Sequence record: SRR20825006_2619
Length of the DNA stretch: 20,000 nt
Reading direction: 5' to 3' (one strand)
Shown here: piece after piece, positions 7,657 through 15,857 of the stretch
How the letters are laid out: each line of letters opens with the position of its first letter
Position numbering within the stretch: the stretch's first letter is position 1
Notes under the pieces: generated by a model
What the model was told of the DNA's origin: nothing
Database searches by the model: none
What the model saw: only the letters and a program-made list of their open reading frames with translations
Made by a program: the position numbers and the translations under genes

Positions 7657-9327
7657 TCAGGAATGCCCGGGAGTGTTCTGCAAATCTTGGTCGGAGATCG
7701 CTGTTTTCGAAGTCGATGGATGCCTGTCATCGACTTGATCAGAATCGCCAGTTCCATTTGGAGTTTCGGGGTGATCGGCGACCGCATAGACGGCCAACGC
7801 GGTGGTTTTGCCTTCGACCATCTGCTCGGGCAATGCGGTCGCGGGAAAGGACTCCGGCAACGTCGCTCGCGTGCACTGCGTGATCAGCAGGGAGTGGCCC
7901 AGCGGCTTGGTCAGCGATTCGACTCGCGAGGCGATGTTCACCGTGTCGCCAATCGCGGTGTATTCTTGGCGTTTGGGGGAACCGATGCAGCCCACCACGG
8001 CCGGCCCGGTGTTGATGCCAATTCCAATTGCGAAATCTTCCCAACCGGCATCTTGCATCATGGTTTTCTTGTTCGCCATCGACGCCGCCAGTTCTTGGCC
8101 CGCCGCGACTGCTTTGGCGCCGTGATCGATGGCACTGCCGCCGACACCGAAGATCGCCATGAAGCCATCGCCCAAGAACTTGTTCACCATGCCGCCATGA
8201 GATTCGATGACTTCCACCGCTTCTTGGAAAAACACGTTCAGTGCTTGAACGACTTGCGTCGGTGAGAGCTTGGATGATTGACGCGTGAAGTTGCGGACGT
8301 CGACGAACATCACCGAGATGACTTGTTCGCTGCCGTTGAGGCCATCGCTTTGGTTCATGATCTGTTTGGCGGCCTCACGACCGACATGACGACCAAATGT
8401 TTCCTGCAGTTTCTGGCGATGCTGCAATCCGTCGACCATCCGGTTGAATCGTTCGATCAAGTGCCCAAAGTCGTCGCTGCGAAGAAGCTTCACGCGGACG
8501 TCCAGGTTCCCTCGAGCGACGCTGGATGCCGCGCGTTGCAACTGCATCACCGGAGCGGTGACCCATCGGCCGAGCATCCAACTGGTGATCAGCCCAAACG
8601 CGATCGCAACAATTCCGACGGTGACGCCAAACATTGGTGACAAGTTGGCTGCGTCGGGCACGATCAACAGCATCACCAACGAGATCACGGGACAGACAAC
8701 CGCGGAGAAAGCCCACAGGATTCCGCGGGCCCGAATGCTGAGCGGAACCGCACCGGGAACGTTGGCTGGATTGCTGTCTTGGAAGAAGACGGGAAATAGT
8801 GTGGCTTGTGCGGTGAGTTCGACGGCGAAAAAACTCTGCGTGACCGCGATCAGGGACGCGATCACAAACGAGGTGATCAAGTGCCAAACGACCAACCCAG
8901 ACAAGGGTTCGCCCGCGGATGCGATTGCGAGTGGGAAAATTGGGATGCAGGACAGCCACCCGATCGCGGCGACCAACAAAAACCACCACGGCAAATGAAT
9001 CACTCGTCGACGTGCGGCGGCGAGGGTTTCTGGGGCGACTGGTTGATGATCCAAAAGAGCCCGGTGGACTCGACGCAGTTGCCAGAGTGGAACGACGTAA
9101 CAGGCGATCGCCACCGGATACACGAACAGGTTAAAAACCTGCCAGCAGGCATGAAATCGGTCCATTTGAGCCGGCGACAGCAGCGGCTGAATCTGCGTTT
9201 GGTTGTAGAGAATGTTGAAGACGCTGCCGATCACATTCGCGACGATCGGCGAGACCCCGACGAGAAACATCGCGTGACGTTGAGCCCAGGTCCAGCGGCG
9301 AGGCGATTCGGCGGGTGGCGGCGGCAT
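7657..9327 (-). CDS. Membrane-bound class III adenylate cyclase (about 6 TM + HAMP + cyclase homology domain)
   Basis: HAMP 'PVMQLQRAASSVARGNLDVRV...DDFGHLIERFNRM'. Catalytic domain 'VMFVDVRNFT', 'VNKFLGDG' (Lys points to ATP), 'IGINTGPAVVG', 'EYTAIGDTVNIASRVE'. Start taken at ATG 9327; the ORF is open up to 9426. Confidence 0.92.
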   Translation of the reverse strand: MPPPPAESPRRWTWAQRHAMFLVGVSPIVANVIGSVFNILYNQTQIQPLLSPAQMDRFHACWQVFNLFVYPVAIACYVVPLWQLRRVHRALLDHQPVAPETLAAARRRVIHLPWWFLLVAAIGWLSCIPIFPLAIASAGEPLSGLVVWHLITSFVIASLIAVTQSFFAVELTAQATLFPVFFQDSNPANVPGAVPLSIRARGILWAFSAVVCPVISLVMLLIVPDAANLSPMFGVTVGIVAIAFGLITSWMLGRWVTAPVMQLQRAASSVARGNLDVRVKLLRSDDFGHLIERFNRMVDGLQHRQKLQETFGRHVGREAAKQIMNQSDGLNGSEQVISVMFVDVRNFTRQSSKLSPTQVVQALNVFFQEAVEVIESHGGMVNKFLGDGFMAIFGVGGSAIDHGAKAVAAGQELAASMANKKTMMQDAGWEDFAIGIGINTGPAVVGCIGSPKRQEYTAIGDTVNIASRVESLTKPLGHSLLITQCTRATLPESFPATALPEQMVEGKTTALAVYAVADHPETPNGTGDSDQVDDRHPSTSKTAISDQDLQNTPGHS

Positions 9328-9499
9328 CGGGCGTTTCAACGCGAAATGGACGGGCAATCTGAGCGGGTTGCTGGTGGACGTCGGCAGTGTAGCGTTTCTT
9401 TGCCAGCCCCTCATAATTGGGTGCATGAATTGCTATGGTGGAGATCCTGAGATCGAATCCAATCGATTTCCTATCATTCGTCCTTCCACGAGGTGCTCC

Positions 9500-10099
9500 A
9501 TGTCCGTTTTGAATCGGTGTGTTCTCAATCGTTGTGTCGTCACTTTGGCCCTGCCAGCGTTCCTGTTCGTCGCCGTCGCATGTCAAACCAACGTTCAAGC
9601 TCAAGACGCCGCCACGGCGAAACCTGTCACGGTGGATGTCTTCGGTGCGGGATCATTGAAAGTGCCCGAATCGTTTAAGAAAACGACCCCTCGCAGCCGG
9701 ATCATCGAGCACGAATTCGCGGTCAAAGAAGGTGAAGGCGACGATGCACCGTCAGCTCGCATCACGATGATGGCAGCGGGTGGAGACGTCAAAACCAACC
9801 TGGATCGATGGAAGAATCAATTCAGCGGCTCGAACAAGAAAGTCGCTGAGACCGAAGTGAAGAAGGAAGGTGATTGGGAAACGCACGTGATCGAAGTTTC
9901 GGGCACCTTCACCGAAACCATGGGCGGCGGACCGTTCTCTAGCGGACGAAAGGTCCAACGCGAAAATTACAAGATGATGGGGGCGATCTTGGTGCACCCA
10001 GACAGTCGCAAGTTCTTCGTGAAGATGTATGGCCCGATCGCTTTGATCGAATCGAACCGCGATCTTTTTAAGGAAATGATTGCTTCGATTGACGAGTGA
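9500..10099 (+). CDS. Exported conserved hypothetical protein
   Basis: ATG 9500 is followed by a signal-peptide-like sequence (…TLALPAFLFVAVACQTNVQA-Q). The mature region has 'AGGDVKTNLDRWKNQF' and 'FFVKMYGP'. The ORF-track start at 9368 lies inside the longest version of the divergent cyclase ORF and is less likely. Confidence 0.75.
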   Translation: MSVLNRCVLNRCVVTLALPAFLFVAVACQTNVQAQDAATAKPVTVDVFGAGSLKVPESFKKTTPRSRIIEHEFAVKEGEGDDAPSARITMMAAGGDVKTNLDRWKNQFSGSNKKVAETEVKKEGDWETHVIEVSGTFTETMGGGPFSSGRKVQRENYKMMGAILVHPDSRKFFVKMYGPIALIESNRDLFKEMIASIDE

Positions 10100-10115
10100 A
10101 AACGTTTGACTTGAC

Positions 10116-10144
10116 GTGTCGTTCTTGATCGCAGCGACACTTTT
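10116..10144 (+). terminator. Possible intrinsic terminator after the exported hypothetical gene
   Basis: GTGTCGTT-cttgatcgc-AGCGACAC stem (8 bp with one G-U) followed by TTTT, 16 nt after the stop codon. Confidence 0.45.
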
Positions 10145-10189
10145 GAAACACCCCGGCTCTTTTGGTCGTTCCTTTCGGACATTGATCCT

Positions 10190-11698
10190 TTGAACACGCA
10201 AAGTTTTTTGGAACATCACGGCATCGCTCGCAACCCGTTCGCGGAGGAGGATGCGCAGACCGACCCTGTGTTCAAGCAGCACTGCATTCAGAATGCGTAC
10301 CACCCTGCTTGGGACAAGGTGTATGGGGACCCAACCGAGCCTGCGACGGCGATCATCTTTGGGCCTAAGGGCAGCGGTAAAACCGCGATGCGATTGCAGG
10401 TCGATCGGCATTTGGTGCATTTCAACGCCCAGAACCCGGACGGCCGCGTCTACATCATTCGATATGACGACTTCAATCCGTTCCTGGATCACTTCTGTGA
10501 ACGATTGGGGCGTCGTGCATCTCGCAAGCCTGAGAAAGCTCTCGATGCGTGGCGTTTGTGGGATCACATGGATGCGATCTTGTGTCTAGGCGTGACCGAA
10601 CTGGTCGACCAGGTGTTGCTGGAAAGCGATTCGCATCGTCCAAAAGCTGACAATGGCAATCGAATCGACACGGCCAAACTCTCCAAGCTCGATCGCAACG
10701 ACGCTCGTGATTTGCTGCTGCTGGCGGCTTCCTACGATCAGTCGACCTCATCGACGTTTTCAGGCCGATTTGAGCAATTACGTAAACGGCTGGGGTACGC
10801 AAACTGGACCGCATCACTGGATTTCTGGTTTGCAATTGTTTGGTGTGTGTTGGTGGTGGGTGTATTCGGTTGGCTGTTTTGGAACTCCGCAGATGAAGAG
10901 GGCGTGCGGACCTGGAATTTGCTCTGGTTCATCCCAGTGCTGTGCTTCTTTGGCAAACTGCCGTATCTGATTCGGTGGTGCCGCAATCAGTTCGCCGCGA
11001 TGGGAATCCATCGCCACATGCGGGTTGGCAAGCGAGAGACATCTTCGGTTCGCAAGGTGCTGATGCAGTTCCCGGCGAAGGAACTCGCCAGCCAGCCACT
11101 GCCTCGTTATGACCGAACCGACGACCGCTATGAACTACTTCGGAAGTTTCAATCGCTGCTGGGGCGATTGGGATTTGACGGGGTGATCGTTTTGATGGAC
11201 CGGGTCGATGAGCCTCACATGACGGGTGGAAAGCCCGAGCTGATGCGCCGTTTTGTTTGGCCTTTGCTGGATAACAAATTGCTGAAGCACCCCGGATTGG
11301 GGTTCAAGTTGATGTTGCCCGAAGAGCTCTACCGCGACACTGAACGCGAAACTCGTGAGTTTCATGAGCGAGCGAGGTTGGATAAGCAGAACGTCATTCC
11401 CGCTTTCTCTTGGACGGGCGAATCGCTGTACGACCTGACGCGTTCACGGATGAATGCCTGTGCGGCGGAGGGCAAGCATCCCGATCCCAAGGAATTGTTC
11501 GACGATTCGTTGTCGTATGAGCGGATGTTGACGGCGTTTGAGTCATTGCGAGTGCCCCGGCATTTGTTCCGATTTCTGTACCGGGTGTTGGTGGAACACT
11601 GCAATCAATTCACTGATGCGGCTCCGAAGTACAAGATCGACGCATCCACGTTCGAAACTTCCTTGGCGGTTTACGTTCGCGAGATGGAACGGGTATGA
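10190..11698 (+). CDS. Membrane-anchored P-loop NTPase of unknown function
   Basis: Walker A 'IIFGPKGSGKT', two central hydrophobic helices, Walker B-like 'VIVLMDRVDE', C-terminal 'VPRHLFRFL'. TTG start. Confidence 0.8.
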   Translation: MNTQSFLEHHGIARNPFAEEDAQTDPVFKQHCIQNAYHPAWDKVYGDPTEPATAIIFGPKGSGKTAMRLQVDRHLVHFNAQNPDGRVYIIRYDDFNPFLDHFCERLGRRASRKPEKALDAWRLWDHMDAILCLGVTELVDQVLLESDSHRPKADNGNRIDTAKLSKLDRNDARDLLLLAASYDQSTSSTFSGRFEQLRKRLGYANWTASLDFWFAIVWCVLVVGVFGWLFWNSADEEGVRTWNLLWFIPVLCFFGKLPYLIRWCRNQFAAMGIHRHMRVGKRETSSVRKVLMQFPAKELASQPLPRYDRTDDRYELLRKFQSLLGRLGFDGVIVLMDRVDEPHMTGGKPELMRRFVWPLLDNKLLKHPGLGFKLMLPEELYRDTERETREFHERARLDKQNVIPAFSWTGESLYDLTRSRMNACAAEGKHPDPKELFDDSLSYERMLTAFESLRVPRHLFRFLYRVLVEHCNQFTDAAPKYKIDASTFETSLAVYVREMERV

Positions 11699-11743
11699 CG
11701 CTGGAATGGGAAAAAAGTTAGAATTCGGGTCAGTTTCCTAACC

Positions 11744-11762
11744 GGATTGATCGATACAATCC
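11744..11762 (+). promoter_or_regulatory. Inverted repeat overlapping a candidate -10 element upstream of korA
   Basis: GGATTG-N7-CAATCC. TACAAT at 11755-11760 is a 5/6 match to TATAAT. No convincing -35. Confidence 0.4.
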
Positions 11763-11778
11763 CTAAAGTCCACCACTT

Positions 11779-11909
11779 TTTGCTGGCTCTCTCGCCCGTG
11801 CGGTTGCTTACCGGCAAATTCTCAACCTCTTTTCGATTCGACCGAGCTTTCAACTGCCCTTAAGGCAGGCTGGGTCGACCCGCTTGAACGTCCCGAAAGG
11901 GCGATTTCG
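11779..11909 (+). promoter_or_regulatory. Candidate structured 5' leader of the korA operon
   Basis: Several nested or adjacent stems found by eye, ending 5 nt before ATG 11915 (pairings are listed in the findings). Confidence 0.35.
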
Positions 11910-11914
11910 CATCC

Positions 11915-13798
11915 ATGACCACTTCTACGCCGACGACCAATAAAAAAATCGAATCCGTACCGGGGATCACTGTTCGCTTGTGCGGTGACTCGGGCGACGG
12001 AATGCAGCTTTTGGGCACGCAGTTGACCAACACTTCGGCGTTGGCAGGCAACGACGTGGCTACTTTCCCCGATTTCCCCGCTGAAATTCGTGCCCCACGT
12101 GGCACCCGGGCCGGGGTTTCTGGGTTCCAGGTTCAATTCGCGAGCGAGGCGATCTTCACGCCCGGCGACACCTTGGACGCGTTGGTGGTGATGAACCCCG
12201 CGGCTATGGTCACCAACATTGGCGACCTTCGCAAAGGCGGAATCCTGATCGCCAACGAAGATGGATTCAACGAGAAGGAATACAAGCTCGCCAAGGTTGA
12301 GAGCAATCCGCTCGAAGCCGACGTGATTGACCAGTCCTATCGAGTCGTGAAGGTCGCGATGACCAAACTGACTCGCGCGGCCGTCGCGGAGCACGGTCTT
12401 TCGACCAAGATCGCCGATCGTTGCAAGAACTTCTTCGCAATGGGATTGGTGTACTGGTTGTTTGGTCGATCGCTCGATCCAACGCTTCGTTTCATCGAAG
12501 CCAAATTTGGTAAGAAGCCAGACGTTGCCGCGGCCAACGTTGCGGCGCTTCGTGCCGGTTGGGCGTATGGCGAAACGACGGAAGAATTCAGCGAAAGCTA
12601 TCAAGTCGAAGCCGCGGAATTGGAACCGGGCACTTATCGCAACATCATGGGCAACCAAGCCCTTGCGTGGGGATTGATTGCTGCATCAAAGATCAGCAAC
12701 AAAGAGATGTTCTACGGAACGTATCCCATCACGCCCGCCTCGGACATTTTGCACGAGCTGACCAAGTTCAAGAACTTTGGCGTTCGCACATTCCAAGCCG
12801 AAGACGAAATCGCCGCGATCGGAGCAACCATCGGAGCGGCATTTGGCGGCACGATGGCGGTTACCGCCAGCAGTGGTCCCGGCATCGCTTTGAAGGGTGA
12901 AGCGATGGGATTGGGCGTGATGTTGGAATTGCCAATGATCGTGATCAACGTTCAACGCGGTGGACCCAGTACCGGATTGCCGACCAAGACCGAGCAGAGC
13001 GATTTGTTGCAAGTCATGTTCGGCCGCAACGGAGAAGCTCCAATGCCGGTCCTGGCACCACGTTCGCCTGGCGATTGTTTCGCAATGGCCGTGGAAGCAT
13101 GGCGTATCGCGACAGAATGCATGGTTCCCGTGATGCTGTTGTCGGATGGCTACATTGCCAACGGCAGCGAGCCTTGGAAGATTCCGGACATGGATGAGTT
13201 GCCAACGATCAGTTGCAGTCATCCGGAAGAGCACACCGGCGACGGCCCATTCTTGCCATACGCTCGCAACGAGAACTTGGCACGTCCTTGGGCGATTCCG
13301 GGAACGCCTGAGTTGATGCACCGCGTTGGTGGACTGGAAAAAGAGGACGGCACGGGCAACGTTTCATACGATCCCGCCAATCACCAGCACATGTGTGATA
13401 CTCGCGCGGCCAAGGTTGCGAAGATTGCCGAACGGATTCCAGAGCAAGACGTCAACGGCGAAACGTCGGGCGATGTCTTGGTGGTGTCGTGGGGCGGAAC
13501 GTATGGCGCATGCCACACGGCGGTCAATCGTTGTCGCCAAGCCGGTCATTCGGTGTCCCATGCCCACATTCGTTACGTCAATCCGTTGCCACGCAACATC
13601 GGAACTTTGCTGAAGTCGTTCAAAACGGTCGTTGTGCCGGAACTGAACTCGGGCCAACTGCGAATGCTGCTTCGTGCCGAGTATCTCGTGGACTGCATTG
13701 GGATCAACAAAATCCAAGGCAAACCGTTTGCTGTTTCCGAATTGGTGGAAGCCATCAGCAAACACACTTCGACGCATTCGCAAAGCAAAGCGGGTTAG
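11915..13798 (+). CDS. korA: 2-oxoacid:ferredoxin oxidoreductase subunit alpha (gamma-alpha fusion, KorA/OorA type)
   Basis: 'GDSGDGMQL', 'FPAEIRAP', 'YPITPAS', 'QAEDEIAA', 'SSGPG', 'QRGGPSTGLPTKTEQSDL', 'ELNSGQL'. Confidence 0.95.
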   Translation: MTTSTPTTNKKIESVPGITVRLCGDSGDGMQLLGTQLTNTSALAGNDVATFPDFPAEIRAPRGTRAGVSGFQVQFASEAIFTPGDTLDALVVMNPAAMVTNIGDLRKGGILIANEDGFNEKEYKLAKVESNPLEADVIDQSYRVVKVAMTKLTRAAVAEHGLSTKIADRCKNFFAMGLVYWLFGRSLDPTLRFIEAKFGKKPDVAAANVAALRAGWAYGETTEEFSESYQVEAAELEPGTYRNIMGNQALAWGLIAASKISNKEMFYGTYPITPASDILHELTKFKNFGVRTFQAEDEIAAIGATIGAAFGGTMAVTASSGPGIALKGEAMGLGVMLELPMIVINVQRGGPSTGLPTKTEQSDLLQVMFGRNGEAPMPVLAPRSPGDCFAMAVEAWRIATECMVPVMLLSDGYIANGSEPWKIPDMDELPTISCSHPEEHTGDGPFLPYARNENLARPWAIPGTPELMHRVGGLEKEDGTGNVSYDPANHQHMCDTRAAKVAKIAERIPEQDVNGETSGDVLVVSWGGTYGACHTAVNRCRQAGHSVSHAHIRYVNPLPRNIGTLLKSFKTVVVPELNSGQLRMLLRAEYLVDCIGINKIQGKPFAVSELVEAISKHTSTHSQSKAG

Positions 13799-13871
13799 GC
13801 GTTCGCCAATCTGTTCGCTTTCGTCGTCGTTCAACTTTGCCAAAATCATCCCCACACAATCATACAATCCT

Positions 13872-14885
13872 ATGAATCTTCCTGTCCTCAAGGCCGCTGA
13901 CTTCGCCTCCGATCAAGACGTTCGCTGGTGCCCAGGTTGCGGTGACTATTCGATTCTCGCTCAGATGAAAAAGATCCTGCCGGATCTTGGTGTGCCTCGC
14001 GAGAAGACAGTGTTCGTCAGCGGCATCGGTTGCAGCAGCCGATTTCCGTATTACATGAACACTTATGGAATGCACAGCATCCACGGTCGTGCACCAACAT
14101 TCGCGACCGGGTTGAAGTCGACCCGCCCCGATTTGATGGTGTGGGTCATCACCGGCGATGGAGACGCGTTGTCCATCGGTGGCAACCACTTCATCCACTG
14201 CTTGCGCCGTAACCTCGACGTCAACATCGTTCTGTTCAACAACCGGATTTATGGTCTGACAAAGGGGCAGTACAGCCCAACCAGCACCGAAGGTCAGGTC
14301 ACCAAGAGCACGCCGATGGGTGCGATCGATCACCCGCTGAGTCCACTGTCAGTGGCATTGGCCGCCGAAGCAACGTTTGTCGCACGCAGCATCGATGCAC
14401 ACGTTCAGCACTTGGGCAAAACGCTCAAGGCGGCTGCCGAGCATAAAGGAACATCACTCGTTGAGGTTTATCAAAACTGCAACGTGTTCAACGATGGGGC
14501 GATGGCTTATGCACAAGAACGTAAACAGCGTGCGGACAATGTGATCGAGTTGGAACACGGCAAGCCGTTGATCTTTGGTGCCGAACGTGACAAGGGGATT
14601 CGTTTGGTCGGCAGCCATCTCGAAGTCGTCAACACCGCCGATGTCCCAGCCGACGATTTGTTGATTCATGACGCACATGATCCGAATCCTTCGATCCAAA
14701 TGATGTTGGCACGGATGCGTTACCCCGACATGCCAGAGCCAATCGGTGTTCTGCGTAGTGTTGCTGGAGTGGCAACGTACAACGATCAAATCAACGAGCA
14801 AGTCACGCAAGCCAAAGCGGCACGCGGCGAAGGCGATCTGTCTAAGCTGTTCCGTAGCGGCGATACATGGGAGGTTACAGCCTGA
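13872..14885 (+). CDS. korB: 2-oxoacid:ferredoxin oxidoreductase subunit beta
   Basis: 'WCPGCGD', 'VSGIGCSSR', 'HSIHGRA', TPP-binding 'GDGD...NNRIYGLTKGQ', 'QNCNVFN'. Start placed at ATG 13872, after the korA stop. Confidence 0.95.
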   Translation: MNLPVLKAADFASDQDVRWCPGCGDYSILAQMKKILPDLGVPREKTVFVSGIGCSSRFPYYMNTYGMHSIHGRAPTFATGLKSTRPDLMVWVITGDGDALSIGGNHFIHCLRRNLDVNIVLFNNRIYGLTKGQYSPTSTEGQVTKSTPMGAIDHPLSPLSVALAAEATFVARSIDAHVQHLGKTLKAAAEHKGTSLVEVYQNCNVFNDGAMAYAQERKQRADNVIELEHGKPLIFGAERDKGIRLVGSHLEVVNTADVPADDLLIHDAHDPNPSIQMMLARMRYPDMPEPIGVLRSVAGVATYNDQINEQVTQAKAARGEGDLSKLFRSGDTWEVTA

Positions 14886-15826
14886 TGTCTCGAGGAAAAA
14901 CTTTCGACAACATTGCCCGCGCGATCGGTGACACGCCGATGGTGCAGATCAATCGCTTGGTGCCTTCGGGTGATGCGACTGTCTTCGCCAAGTGCGAGTT
15001 CTTTCAGCCGCTCAATAGCGTGAAAGACCGTATCGGCGTTGCGATGATCGAAGCTGGGGAACGCGATGGAAGCATCAACCCCGATACGCACATCATCGAA
15101 CCCACCAGTGGCAACACCGGAATTGCTCTCGCGTTTGTTTGTGCCGCGAAAGGCTACAAGCTGACGCTCACCATGCCTGAGTCGATGTCGGTCGAACGCC
15201 GTGCGTTGCTTCGAGCGATGGGGGCCAACTTGGTGTTGACGCCTGCTGGTGACGGGATGAAGGGGGCAATCACAACGGCTCAAGAGTTGGTCGACCAAAC
15301 CGACAACTCGTTCATGCCGCAGCAATTTGAAAACCCATCCAACCCTGCGATCCACGAAGCGACCACTGGCCCTGAAATTTGGGCCGACACGGACGGAAAG
15401 ATCGACGCGATCGTGGCGGGCGTTGGAACGGGCGGAACGATCACTGGTGTGGCTCGCTACCTGAAGAAACAAAACCCAGACTTCAAAGCCTTCGCGGTCG
15501 AACCAAAGCATTCACCCGTGATCAGTGGCGGATCACCTGGCAAGCACCGCATTCAAGGAATTGGCGCAGGCTTCATTCCCGGAAATTTGGACACGTCGAT
15601 CATTGATGACGTCGTTCAGGTCGATGACGAAGATGCGTTCGAGTGGGGGCGTCAGCTTGCCAAGCAAGAAGGCATCGTCGCGGGGATCAGCAGCGGTGCA
15701 AACATGTGGGCGGCTGCTCAGATTGCTGCGCGACCCGAGATGAAGGGCAAGCGTATTGTCACCGTGATGTGCAGCTTAGGTGAACGTTATCTCAGCACGC
15801 CGCTGTTTGGTGACCTAGGTTTGTAA
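14885..15826 (+). CDS. cysK: Cysteine synthase A (O-acetylserine sulfhydrylase)
   Basis: PLP lysine motif 'SVKDR', 'EPTSGNTG', 'GVGTGGT', CysK-type loop 'HRIQGIGAGF', 'GISSGA', 'GERYLST'. ATG 14885 overlaps the korB TGA stop. Confidence 0.95.
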   Translation: MSRGKTFDNIARAIGDTPMVQINRLVPSGDATVFAKCEFFQPLNSVKDRIGVAMIEAGERDGSINPDTHIIEPTSGNTGIALAFVCAAKGYKLTLTMPESMSVERRALLRAMGANLVLTPAGDGMKGAITTAQELVDQTDNSFMPQQFENPSNPAIHEATTGPEIWADTDGKIDAIVAGVGTGGTITGVARYLKKQNPDFKAFAVEPKHSPVISGGSPGKHRIQGIGAGFIPGNLDTSIIDDVVQVDDEDAFEWGRQLAKQEGIVAGISSGANMWAAAQIAARPEMKGKRIVTVMCSLGERYLSTPLFGDLGL

Positions 15827-15857
15827 TGGTGTTTATGTCTGATAACTGGTAGGCAAC

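Noticed and set aside
7624..9450. Several + strand ORFs (213, 184, 214 aa) opposite the adenylate cyclase
   Set aside because: Shadow ORFs opposite a well-supported gene.
11747..11759. Canonical FNR box
   Set aside because: Spacing is 1 bp short and the right half is TACAA rather than ATCAA; kept only as a generic palindrome.
11830..11910. tRNA-like look of the korA leader (TTCGATTC plus several hairpins)
   Set aside because: The T-loop-like word lies 5' of the hairpins with no T-stem; there is no acceptor stem, D-arm or 7-nt anticodon loop.
13674..13871. N-terminal extension of korB in the ORF track
   Set aside because: It overlaps korA by 125 bp and homology starts near ATG 13872.
11822..13891. 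Antisense ORFs of 278, 211 and 175 aa opposite korA
   Set aside because: Codon-bias shadows of a conserved enzyme gene; no independent signal.
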